NCBI GenBank assembly: GCA_002633005.1
Contig: NMRA01000005.1
Coordinates: 537,913 to 601,912 of the forward strand
DNA: 64,000 nucleotides
Origin: Phoronis australis
Taxonomy: Eukaryota > Animalia > Phoronida
Direction: 5' to 3'
Positions 47,990-59,484 of this stretch are shown here, in pieces (the first letter of the stretch is position 1; every line of letters begins with the position of its first letter). The notes beneath the pieces were generated by a model. That model did not search any database and was not told the origin of the DNA. It worked only from the letters and a program-made list of their open reading frames with translations. The translations under genes and the position numbers were made by a program.

Positions 47990-50900
47990 GTAAGTTATAA
48001 ATTCATGGCTTGGAATTTTCATTTTTATTAGGATTTCCTCTATTTATGTTTCAATTTCATATTATTTGATTTCCAGTTTCCTCTTTTTTCACCACTTAAT
48101 TTTATCATCATTTTTACTTTATTCATGCATAAAACGCAGTTAAATCAACCCCGTAAAATACTTCTATTATACACCCTATTTATTTGTAAAACAATACATC
48201 ACCTGGAAAATGTTCCTCTTTTTTGTCATGGGTCATTCGAAGCGCTGCAAAGTGTGCTGGTACATTTTCCAGGCAGCGCGTTACTTTACCGCAAGCCCGC
48301 GAAAGCACGCTTGTCAGGTTGTTTGGTAAACTTCTACCATGACGTCTTTAGAACCAAATTATTTCTGGTTGATCAGATTCAACACTTGGCAGCGCATCGC
48401 CTTGCGTAAGAAGTCGGTCTACCCTGATTCCGTGGAACAACTACTAGTAACTGACGTACATACATTTAGTTCAGCTGGCAACTTTACGATTTATTTCCCC
48501 TTCAGTTCTAGTTAAAAAGACATTGTTACGTGATGCTTGGAAACAACATCCTGTTGATAACGAGGGCTGTAATAACATTATCACCGATGTTTCCACGTCG
48601 CCAAAACAAGCATATACATATAAGAGCCTGATATTTAATGTGACCAACCTCAGATAGACAAACAATCTGAGGTCCAACCATAACAATAGTGGGATCCGTA
48701 AAATCTTGCGAGCACTACCGAATTTTTCGTTTACGTAGTTTGGCAATTTAATTAGTTTGGTTTTCGTTCACAGCTAAACTACGTTACCCTTTTTAAATCC
48801 AATTAACTAAAGCTAATCATGGCTTCGCTTTGACTCCTAATTCACTTGTCTGTTTTCATTTTGCAGGAACACTGTTGGCGCCAGTGGCGCTACTCATCTT
48901 TCAGTTGTGCTACATTCCAGCTACACACGGCGCTGGCATTGACCTTGGTTTGTGCGAGCCGGTTCACATAACATGTAGCTGCGGCTCCTCAGGAGTAGTG
49001 CAAGTTCAGATACCAGCGTAAGTAAAACACATAACGGGGGGGGGGTGAACCAGAACTTGGTATACCGGCCCGTTTTTCAATAAGAGGTTCCCTTTACCAC
49101 TAGTGAACGTGGAGACGCACATATCTTGCCCGGGCCTGAAATCACCCTCGTGAAATTTTGTAACATGTATACCCATGTAAGTCTCCCCATAGCTGTAGTT
49201 AGTAGAGAGGAGGTATATGTTATATCCCTTGATATTTACCTGATCGTGAGCATTACCTGTCATGAGTAGCCGTATTCAGTTTGTTGATTTTCTTTTACGT
49301 TTAATGGCTTTTGTTATTTTTTATCACAAAAACGACATTGAAAAAAATCGTACGTCTTTAGTGATACCAACGACATCCATTCGCCGACTGAGACTGACTG
49401 GATTTCTCAAGGATCGGGATTCTCCAGTCAATGTAATATAACTTGAGGATTGGATGTGAATGTAGCCTCAGCGTTGTATTGTGTGATGTGTCTCGGTCCG
49501 CCAGTGAGATATTGTTGTATTCCGTAACTAAGTGTAGAACACTCAATTACTTTGGAATACTAACTTAAAGTACATGCCGTGAATAATGCGCTTAAACGAA
49601 AGTCACGCACTGAAAGTGAGGAGTGACTTTATTTGACAAGTGAAAGGTTTACATACAAGTCACAAATGTGTGGGTTGCATGCACTAAACTTCGTTATTCA
49701 AAGTTCTACAGGAAATAACAGTAAACAACTTTAGGAACTTTCAGAACAATCATAAGAACCACTCTGTTGTGTTTACCATGTATGGTAATGGTCAGCTGTC
49801 TGAAGGCAATGATTCTGCGAATGACCATTACATAATCTAGTTTACTATAGAGTTCATCAAAACATGCGTGGATTGACTCAGCTGAACAAGTTGTTGCTAT
49901 AAACATCAACTATCTGCTAATACAGTAATCATATCAATAAAACTATCAAAACCAACATACTAAATAAAATATATCATGATTAACTCACGGATCTCATGAC
50001 AGTCAAGGATAACTCACGGATCTCATGACAGTCAAGGATAACTCACGCATCTCATGACAGTCAAGGATAACTCACGGATCTCATGACAGTCAAGGATAAC
50101 TCACGGATCTCATTACAGTCAAGGATAACTCACGGATCTCATGACAGTCAAGGATAACTCACGGATCTCATGACAGTCAAGGATAACTCACGGATCTCAT
50201 GACAGTCAAGGATAACTCACGGATCTCATGACAGTCAAGGATAACTCACGGATCTCATGACAGTCAAGGCCCTCTAAGCGAAAGCAAGTGAATCAAAATG
50301 TGTTAATGCATATTGGGATATTTTTAAAGTGGTGAAAACTACACAAAGATATTGTATCGCTGAGAATATTTTGACAACTTTCATACTTTATCTATGCTCC
50401 CATGCAATAAACAGGTTTTAAGAAATCTGTTTTTGTAATCAGTAAGTTACCTCAAGTTTTCTATGTCATACAATACCGGTGTCAATAGCCGGATATAAAT
50501 TGAATCTACGTCCCACGGTCTATTTAGGATCACATGTACAACAGCTCGTGCACTTGTAACACTCCCTTTCCTGTTAAGTGAAACCTCACAGGTTCTCCTA
50601 CGCTGAGACCTGGGATTCCTGGACTGAAAGAGTTGCCAGCATGTCTGTTGAAATAAGTAATTGTCATTCGAAATGGATTCAACAAAAACGTTAGCTTTCC
50701 ACTAAACTTTGACCGAATCTTCATTGTGTTTAAAATTATCAGACCCTGCACGCTCATCGACATCACTAACGTGGCAGAAATGACGTGGCGCGTTTTTCAG
50801 ACCATAGGCAGCACAGCACTGAAAAAAGTGGGGCTATAACCCCCCACCAGCCCCCTATGGTGCGCCGCCCATGTTGATATTAGTTGGATTGCGCATTATA

Positions 50901-53900
50901 ATTAACTATTCAACTCTAGCACCCGTTCCAAACGCCGTAACACCATTCAAGAGTCTATTAAATGCAAGCCGTTACATGCTTGCAGCTCACTAATATATTA
51001 CTACAATACATTATACACTATAACACTCTTCAACAAGCCCACAATGAGACGGCCTTTTCTTTGAGCAACGAGAACAAGTGTGAAGTCGCAATACCTAAGA
51101 GTTCTGGGATATAGCGGTACTTTCATCTGAGGTTGCCACTTTGTAAATTCGGCCCAAAATACAGATTGCCAATAGTCTCGAAACTGAATATAAACCAAAT
51201 CTTGGCATCAAGAGTAAACGTCGACTTGATCCTGGAGCGCACTGTTACACGCATGTAGGACTCGTTGAAGAGTGTTACGGTGTATAATGTATTGTTAGTA
51301 ATATATTACAGTGAGCTGCAAGCATGTAACGGCTTGCATTTAATAGACTCTTGAATGGTGTTACGGCGTTTGGAACGGGGGGCACTAGGGATTTAAGTAC
51401 AATGTGAAATTTGACAAAAATTTGGATAATTCATGTATCAAACTGATCAACCATAGGTGCACTTGGTTTTACCGATGGAGACCCTACTGCAAGGCGTGTG
51501 ACCCCGATATTGACGAGACCGCCCTCTGTGCACAATATAGGAATTGTTTGGAATGCAGCACAACTCGCGGTCAAGGCTGTACGCGCTGCCCACCAGGGAG
51601 AGTGGGAAAGCAGTGTAACGAAGGTAAGACGCTCTTGTTTGTTCAGCTAATAGACATAGACACTTTTAACCTTAACGACTTTCTAAAACCGCTCTGAGGT
51701 GGTGGCGTATTACAACTATTATTAAAATCTCTTGGTCGATTTACATCACCCTCTAGTCTATTTACACGGTCGGTATCGTCTTTACTGGTATTAACTACAC
51801 ATTGCTTCGGAACACTCTGGCTGGCCGTGAGAGTTGCCCTTTCATAAATCCGTGAGAAAGCTGCCGTTCGTACTAGTGCCAGGTTAGTTAGGCCCAGTAC
51901 TGATAAAAACTGGGAGAACCATGGTGGATGTCTTTGCACTGTCTGTTCATAGTACCGGTACGTTATTCTTGCAGATCCAGCACAGAGTAACGCACCAAGA
52001 ACCACGCCAGCCCCCACACCTGGCGATTACTGCGACGCATTTGGAAATCGCTATGTACCAGTAGACGGGTGTCGACGGTTTGAACAGTACGTTATCGATC
52101 GCAGTCTAACTGTACCCGCAGGCACATTGCCCTGTCCCGCCGGCCTGTTGTTCGACACATCAGTGTGTTCGTGTAACTTTGATGCTGAGGTCACGTGCGC
52201 TGGAGGAGGTAGGTCCACTCGATGCCAGTATAAACCGTCAAACCTATTGTTGGCAGACATATCTTACAGCTAGTTTACTGTAATGCTGAATTGTAGCCTA
52301 GCAGCAAACTGAGAAAGTTGCTAAAATGCTTTTCACATACAAAACAATGCTTTTGATCTGGCTTATTGTAGGTGTAAACCCGCCATCATGTGACATACCT
52401 GCAAACGATTCGCTGCTAAACGGCAGCGTGACAGTGACGTCATCCACAGACCCGCTGACCATTCGTTATAACTGCAACGAAGGTTTCCGACTGGAGGGAG
52501 TAGTAACCAATGAATGCGTTAACGGAGAGTGGACCAGTTCACCCCCGAGGTACGTGAAGAACAAAATTAACGAACAAAGTGTAGAAAAAGTTGTCTTACG
52601 ACAAAATTTAGAAACAGCTACATTGCAGCGACTATTGCACGATTTTCAAAAATCTTTTCAGATGCGTTGCCATCCCAGTTAGGCCTGTCAGATGTGAGGT
52701 ACCCCAACTTCCACCACGCGCATCTATAATTGTGGAAGGTTCGCAGACGAGTTTTCCAGTCGGCACAACGTAAGTCTTAACAAAGTGAAATCCATCTTGT
52801 TTAAGTTGGTGTTGAAAAGTGGTCATTTTATGTTATTAATGTTCAAATTAAAGTAGTCATTTTGGCAAAGTATTCCGGACGTCTCCGTCTCATTGAACAT
52901 TGTTCTTTTCAGCGTTAGAGTTGGTTGTGAACAAGGTTATAAGGTCATCGGATCACGTGACATTGTATGCACTCCCAGCGGTACCTGGCAAATTGAAGAA
53001 CCTATCGCGTGCACGCGTGACAGTAAGTAAAGTCTAAGAAGTATAGTGTCTGTAACATCAAACTCCCACAATGGGTTCATTCAAACAGCTTCGAACAACA
53101 TTCGCAGTCCGAGCACATTGCCGTAGTACTTTTCAATACCAGTACACTCTGGAATAAATCAGAGACGTTCATCTATCGTGGTACTTGGGAATACACAAAA
53201 CTCTGTTGTTTTCTGACGCAATATGACGCGAAAATGCAACTTAGAATTTTGTCTGTCGTGCCTACCTTTAAGTGTTTAGGTAGCACTCAAAAGTTTGTGT
53301 TGGTTTGTTGACTTCTTGAACAGCTAGGTGCACGTAGCTCCACCCACGGCCACAGTGAGAACAAAACCTGAAAATATGAACAGTATACTAGGCCAAATAC
53401 TTTTAAAAAAATGTCGCACAGAGTTAAAAAAATCTGAATCCGAGGTGAATTTTCTATTACGTTTCACCACGAACAAAAGTTTAACTTAAACTAACTAACT
53501 GCGAGCAAAAATACACCGAATTGGCAGTTTCACCCTAAGCTACGTTTCGCATGGTATTAATATTAACTGAGAACCAGTGCATTCAAGCTGCCAAAACCTT
53601 CCAGATTATAGAAACCAGGTGGGTGTCGACCAGTCAGATTTTTTTTCAAATTCAAAGAGTCTGAAGCCAGTATCTGAATTTTCAGAGTCTGAAGCCAGTA
53701 TCTGAATTTTAACTGTCCATTCACAAGGAGTAAAGGCTTTAAAAAGGCACAACTGAGTAAAATGGACAAGGGTTAACAGTTGTCATTTTTTCAATCAGAA
53801 CAGGCTCAAATATTAAACAATTGCCCTTGTTAACCTCCAAATGCAGCACAAATCTCAAAATGCCCTGCCAACCCAGTTGGCGCCAATTTTTGATGAAATC

Positions 53901-56900
53901 GTGGAGGAGAAGTAAGTTCAACTACGGCACGAAGATTCATTGTATTTTCTTCTTTTGCTCAAATATTGCCGTGGCTATCTGGATAGTACAGTACATCCAT
54001 TGAAAGAGGGCTATGGTCAGCATCTTAATTGATTCTAAAAATGTCTACTCCCCTGTTGAATTTACGCGATCACGAATGGCTAAGGGACTTCGGAAGCCGA
54101 ATACTCAAATGCCGCTAAACCATGCTCTGATGTTTAATTTCCCACCGGCAAGTTGGTCTCATCCAAAACGACGTTTTACGTTCTTTCCTTTTGCTGTGAT
54201 TGAAATTGGTTACAATAAACCGCCTGGATTTCCTGCCACGGCCATACTGACCGGAAACTTGTTGGAATCAATAGAGACCTGACACTGAATTCTTTTTGAG
54301 ATACGACAAAAACCTGGACGTACAAGTGAGATCGCGTGCATAACCTAGACCAAAGGAGATAGTCCTTAATCAAATACTTTGGGCATATTAGAGTGTATTT
54401 TTTCAATGTTGACACTTACGAGCTGTTCTTTTTACACTTATTTAGTTGCATACTGTGAGGATCCTGGTATTCCGAAGAATGGTGTCCGGAGAGTGGTTGA
54501 CCCCAGGAGCGCCACCATTAGGCGTCTGTACAATCCATTGAGGTAGGAGATACTAGAAACGCGGCTTATATGTGAGCGCTCAGTCACACTGTACCTCAGT
54601 TTATGTAAAGCCACCATCAAAATGTTGTTATTCTCTCCCGGCCCTCACTGGAGGGGAAACAAGCCCGCCTAATTCTCATTTACGCCGAACTAAAAAGAGC
54701 ATGAGGTTATTTCAACGTCACATTTAGCAAACCTTGCGAAAGCGCAAACTAGTGACTTCACCGGCTGCATCAACGGGTTTTGATCAATTCGACACGTATG
54801 GCGGTATAAAACATTCGAGCCACGTTCTTTTTGGTCTATACGTCTATATATTTGATTCAAAATGACGCGTTTTTGCTCAAACGTGTCGCTCCTAGGCGCA
54901 TGGAGAACTGAGTGCAGATCACTACTTTGGGTAATACTAGTATTTCCTTTAGATATCTTTATTAGTAAAGAATTGTTGACGAAGTGGTCTTGACCAGTGT
55001 TGTCATAACAACGTCCTTTTTCAATAAATTCCCTATCACTTTCAAAGTGAAATTTCGGAGTGAACAATTATGCGGCCCCAAAACCACGGCTAACAAAAAG
55101 CAACGCACCTTTGTTTCTGTTTATTAAAGTGAACTACATTTCATAGCAGCATCTTCGCCTGTCAGTCACCGCTGCTTATTGTAGCGGCCTTGTAATATTC
55201 TAACGTATGATCACCTTTGAACTTTCTAGGAGGTCAAGACTTTTCCACTCGACTCAAAGAGTTCAGGGTCGCCGCAGTCGATTAGGCAGGGACGTGAGGT
55301 CACCCACTGCACGTGTTCCTCCTGGTTATTTCCCACCAGACACTCGTCTGTTGTTTTCCTGCGAGAATCGACATTACAACCTGGTGGGGTCCCGCTCGCG
55401 TTATTGTCGCTCTAATGGATTGTTTACAGGAAGGCAACCCGCTTGTATCCCAGGTAAGACCCGGGGCCTGTAATTCCTGTATGATCTGGTCATTATTTCA
55501 ATTATACCATTGTTTGAAAGGACGACTTTCACCCAGGAGGCAAAAATTGTCCAAGGCGCAGTTCATGTTTGCGACTCAATCGGCTAATCGAGAAGAAGAT
55601 AAAGCTTACAAAAGTCAACTACATGTAAAACTTATTCTGGTATCCGGCATTTCGCTATAAAAACAAAATTGAATTTGGCCCCTTTTACTCGCATAAAATC
55701 CCTCTCATGATATTCCTAACCGTGTGTCTAATGGTTTCGATGTTATTGTTGATAGAAAAAAATCCTGTTATGCTTACGTATGAGAGCGATTTTCGTAGTT
55801 AAAGGCCTTCTAATTTGATTGTCGTTTTTAGCCTGTTAAATGGTGCGACATGCAGCGTTAACTATTTTTAAACACCAACAGATTATGTTTTTTTCGTAGG
55901 TTTTGTAATTTAACAAAACAGAATTTGAAAGTTGGAATCACATTGTCTAGTTGGCATTATCAGTGTAGGCAGCTTTTCAACAGTTCTCTCACGAGCTGTA
56001 TGTCTTTTACCCACGATCTTTAATTCCTTACTTGCGAACACAGTTGCGCTCAAAGCGGTTCGCATTCTTATAGGATACACTGCCTCGTTGGATCTGCAGT
56101 AAACTAAAAATAGTTGTATGCTACACCTGTTGGATATTGCGGTTCATGGGAGATAATCTTGTAAAAAAGTGTTGCGGCACGACATGAGAAATGAACGTTG
56201 TACTTGATTAAAGTGACCGTGTGGTCGGTGACTTTTTTACTAATAATTCAACTCGGCCACTATTAGGCAAATCTTACGCTAACAGGATATGCAGGCAAGT
56301 GGGCGAGAAAGCGTGCGCTGTTTACGCCCAGAGTATCCATCAAATTCTTCGAGGGCTTGATGGCGCCGTCATGGGTTGAAGTGAGCTAGTCACTATTGTT
56401 GGGCTTGGCTAAATGTGTTGAGACAACTTAGCCGTCGTAAGCAAGCAGGGCTGTTTAGTGTATGAGTTTCAAAGTAAAATAACTAACCTTAAGTAAGACC
56501 AACGACAAAAATAGCTGTTTTTAAAATTGAAAAGTAAATAGTAGCCGTCTTTAAATTTCTAAAATTGATGCATTATAAAAGAAATTAGAGAATAGGTTTT
56601 CTTTAGCATCGCAGCTAAGCCACGAACATTAATTTGTGAATCCATTAGGACGGGTTAGTAACTGTCTGGTGTAGGCTTGCTTAGGCGTTGGGGTAACAAA
56701 ACCCCAAATGTTGCCGTAGTAGTTGTCTCATGCACTTCATTTCTTTATTTCATGATAACTGAAATGTCACTGAGTCGGCGCCCTTGGACATGGGCTAAAA
56801 GTATTACGCCAATTCTTTCCCAGTATTATTTTCAGCATATTAATTTTTACTAATTTTTTTAGTTTCATTCACTTTGACCACCGACCAAAACTTGAGTTAC

Positions 56901-59484
56901 TTGACTTCTAATGCACCCGACGTTTTAAAGTACTAAGCCTTAGCTATCGAATCTGACGTGACTTCCTTGTTACAGCGTGTGGAAAATCTGGCGCGTCACG
57001 AACGGCTTTTATTACTAATGGTAACGCCACCCGGAAGGGGCAGTGGCCTTGGCAAGTGGCGTTATCGCGCAATGACCTGAATCTGGAGAGATCGTTCAAG
57101 CTTGTTTGTGGGGGTGCGCTCCTAAACGAACACTGGGTGGTAACAGCTGCGCACTGTGTCACCGACCCAGACACAGGATCTATTGTACCCAACAATCATT
57201 TCAAGATCCATCTGGGACGTCACTACAGAGACATGGCGGTAAACGACGAATCTGTGCAAGAGTTCAACGTAAGTAACATTTGAATAATGCATAACGTACC
57301 CAACGAATTTTAACTTGATCGTTTAAGATGAATGTAAGCTAAAAATGTAACTAAGCTAATCCCCATCCACTCTCGGATGCTATTGCCTATTGCTGTTGGA
57401 ATGTCTATCTTGTCACTAAGCCGCGTCATATTTACAGGTAACAGTCATTTCGGTACACGAGAACTTTATTGTTCACACTTTGGAGTCCGACATCGCGCTG
57501 TTGAAGCTTTCTGGTACAGGCGCTCGATTCAGTGATCGGGTGAGACCCGTGTGTTTGTCGTCATCCGAAGAAGAAAGCATCGTTCGTCTGCGTCCGGGAA
57601 ACCAGGGCATTGTCACTGGGTGGGGAACAACGGAGCACGGTGTGAACGCTGCCTCGCTGAGGCAGGCTTACATTCCTGTGATAGACTCGGAAGAATGTGA
57701 GGACTCTTATACTGAGCTAGGTGAGCATCATTTGGCGTGAGGGAGTTAACGGTGTGCATGTACTATACCGGTACGTTTCGGAACGGTGTGATGGGAACTT
57801 GGATGTAATGCAATGGAAGGACTTGGGACTTCGTCGTTTCAAAATAGCACCACTTTTCATGAACCCAAATTTCAGAGTACTATAATATTTCAAAATATAT
57901 TTGTGTTTAGCCAGTGTGAGCTTTTAAATTCATATCCATCTGGACCCTTTCGTGAAAGTGACTCACGATTTAAGACAGAAATTTGGTCTTACAAAAACGT
58001 TGTTAGCACATCACTCAATCTGGAAGTTATTTGTAAAAAAAATTGTCAGTGGGTAGTAGTTATTTGCATATTTTCAGATACTTAGTTCTTTTGCAAAAGC
58101 ATGTTTTAATTAATTTGCAGGAATAGTTATGTGGAGCGTAAGATCAAATTTTTGTTTTAAGCCTTAAGTCCTTATTCATGAAACAGACCCCTGTGGAACA
58201 GTTTACGCTATCCACAAGAAACAGTTTGCAAATTTACATGTAACCTCATGGTCCAGTACGGAACTTGTTTCTTGTTAGGAAACATGGCGTCATGCGTGCA
58301 CGTGCACCCAGGGGGGGGGCTCGGGGGCTCGAACGAAGTGGGCAAAAAGGTCCGCCCTTGAGCGACAATAAGTCCGAGAAAATGAGGCATACATGTAAAT
58401 CCATTAAACATGCGCAAACGCGTAATTCACAGTGGTGCTCCCGTTTTTTTTTTTTTTTTAGTCCTCCCACTTTTTTGTTACCAAGAGGTCCACAAAGTCA
58501 GGAATTTGAGCCCCCCCCCCATATTGAAGGCTGGGTGCACGCATGGGCGTTGAACGTGTTTTGAAAAGCGCATGAATCAATGGTATCACCTATTAATTTC
58601 TAGGGTACAACGTACCTGTAACGAGTCAGATGTATTGTGCTGGATTCAGAGATGGTGGCATAGACGCGTGCAATGGTGACTCGGGCGGGCCCATGGTGTT
58701 CAGTGAAGGCAGTGGTAAGTGTTCGAACAGTGGGTGTTGTGTGGCCCGGTAGACCTAGGCGCATTGAATCTTTCATGGCATAAACGTTCGCTTGGTCGGG
58801 TGGCGTTAGGTGGTAGACCCAGTTTAGTTCACTAGTCGGGTCGTGTTGTGTAACTCGTGGGCTCTATATAGGCGTTCACTAAGGAGAAGCGTTATGTTAG
58901 TAGCAAGTCCTTTACCATCAGTTCCCAATCAGTTTGCAGTTATGTATGCTTTGCGCATGAGTGGACTTTGGGGAGGTCCAGTCGGATGGCCTTCAGTACA
59001 GTCCAGCGTGAAACGACGAAGTACGTTTTCGACTTAAGAGCTAGAGAATTTGCCCTGTTGGAAATTATGGTCTCCCTCCAATTGGGATTCGCCAGTGTTG
59101 TCTTCACACGAATACATGGTCAGAAGTTGAAAATCGTAAACATTAACATTGTAAAAGAGTCGTTTGGACTCGGAGTCAACAGGAGAAGTGTGCTTTTGGA
59201 CGCAATTGTCGTTTAACATTGCCTGGCAAACGCCCATGCACGTAAGATTTTCAAACCCGACATTTGATGAAGTAGTGCACGTGCAGACAAGTTCAAAACG
59301 TCTGGGACGTCCAGGTTTACATTTTCCCCATTTCTTGTTTGCAGGCGACGCACGGCGCTGGATCTTGGAGGGACTCGTCAGTTGGGGAAGTCCAAGTCAG
59401 CGATGCGGTTCTCCTCAGGAATACGGTGGCTATACTAAGGTGGCCAAGTTTTTAGATTGGATTCGCGAGGTCATCAGTTATTAA
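47974..59484 (+). CDS. Limulus clotting factor C-like serine protease zymogen, 703 aa; join(47974..47989,48867..49017,51457..51623,51975..52208,52372..52549,52662..52769,52913..53022,54446..54542,55230..55453,56976..57268,57438..57720,58604..58714,59345..59484)
   Basis: All 12 introns are GT-AG with compatible phases, total 2112 nt, open frame. Signal peptide, GIDLGLC...[14 protein letters not shown] (factor C Cys-rich region), CBM14-like domain, 2 CCPs, a split CCP, and a trypsin domain with TAAHC / DIALL / [10 protein letters not shown] and [15 protein letters not shown]. Confidence 0.88.
48867..49017 (+). CDS. Factor C-like exon 2 (signal peptide, start of Cys-rich region)
   Basis: ttttgcag acceptor; [39 protein letters not shown]; GC|GTAAGT donor. 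Confidence 0.85.
49981..50269 (+). repeat. Minisatellite, 10 x 29 bp (taactcacggatctcatgacagtcaagga)
   Basis: Ten head-to-tail units with only isolated substitutions and no spacers, in intron 2 of the factor C-like gene. Confidence 0.95.
50916..51388. mobile_element. MITE with ~125-bp TIRs
   Basis: cccgttccaaacgccgtaacaccattcaagagtctattaaatgcaagccgttacatgcttgcagctcact... has its inverse at ~51260-51388. Confidence 0.8.
51457..51623 (+). CDS. Factor C-like exon 3 (Cys-rich LPS-binding region)
   Basis: [16 protein letters not shown]...[10 protein letters not shown]...[16 protein letters not shown]; G|GTAAG donor. Confidence 0.9.
51975..52208 (+). CDS. Factor C-like exon 4 (Pro/Thr linker plus chitin-binding peritrophin-A/CBM14-like domain)
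   Basis: ttcttgcag acceptor; [22 protein letters not shown]...[24 protein letters not shown]; G|GTAGGT donor; phase 1-1, 234 nt. Confidence 0.8.
52372..52549 (+). CDS. Factor C-like exon 5 (CCP/sushi 1)
   Basis: SCDIP...[13 protein letters not shown]...[13 protein letters not shown]; AG|GT donor. Confidence 0.88.
52662..52769 (+). CDS. Factor C-like exon 6 (end of CCP1, first half of CCP2)
   Basis: cttttcag acceptor; [17 protein letters not shown]...SFPVGT; AC|GTAAG donor. Confidence 0.8.
52913..53022 (+). CDS. Factor C-like exon 7 (second half of CCP2)
   Basis: ttcttttcag acceptor; [36 protein letters not shown]; A|GTAAG donor. Confidence 0.85.
54446..54542 (+). CDS. Factor C-like exon 8 (start of split CCP)
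   Basis: ttatttag acceptor; [31 protein letters not shown]; AG|GTAGG donor. Confidence 0.8.
55230..55453 (+). CDS. Factor C-like exon 9 (Arg-rich insert and end of split CCP)
   Basis: RSRLFH...[46 protein letters not shown], like factor C LPEGHY...YTCESRYYELLGS...CIP; G|GTAAG donor. Confidence 0.88.
56976..57268 (+). CDS. Factor C-like exon 10 (activation site and His loop)
   Basis: [29 protein letters not shown]...[18 protein letters not shown]...[11 protein letters not shown]. Confidence 0.93.
57438..57720 (+). CDS. Factor C-like exon 11 (catalytic Asp)
   Basis: [10 protein letters not shown]...ESDIALLKL...VRPVCL...GIVTGWG...LRQAYIPV; G|GTGAG donor. Confidence 0.93.
57940..58193. mobile_element. 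Degenerate MITE related to 1615-2580 and 14560-14780
   Basis: Termini ctggaccctttcgtgaa / ttcatgaaacagacccctg. Internal gagcgta(a)gatcaaatttt...cttaagtc is shared with 14741-14776. Confidence 0.45.
58604..58714 (+). CDS. Factor C-like exon 12 (catalytic Ser)
   Basis: [36 protein letters not shown]. Confidence 0.93.
59345..59484 (+). CDS. Factor C-like exon 13 (C-terminus)
   Basis: ttgtttgcag acceptor; [45 protein letters not shown]. Confidence 0.93.

Noticed and set aside
49981-50269. CRISPR-like array (29-bp repeats)
   Set aside because: Units are head-to-tail with no spacers, there are no cas genes, and the context is a eukaryotic intron.
53023-56975. Hidden LCCL or C-type lectin exons in the longer factor C introns
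   Set aside because: I found no LCCL (CRAAIHAG-type) or lectin (WIGL-type) coding segment by eye, and flanking exon phases join without them. An HMM scan should confirm this.
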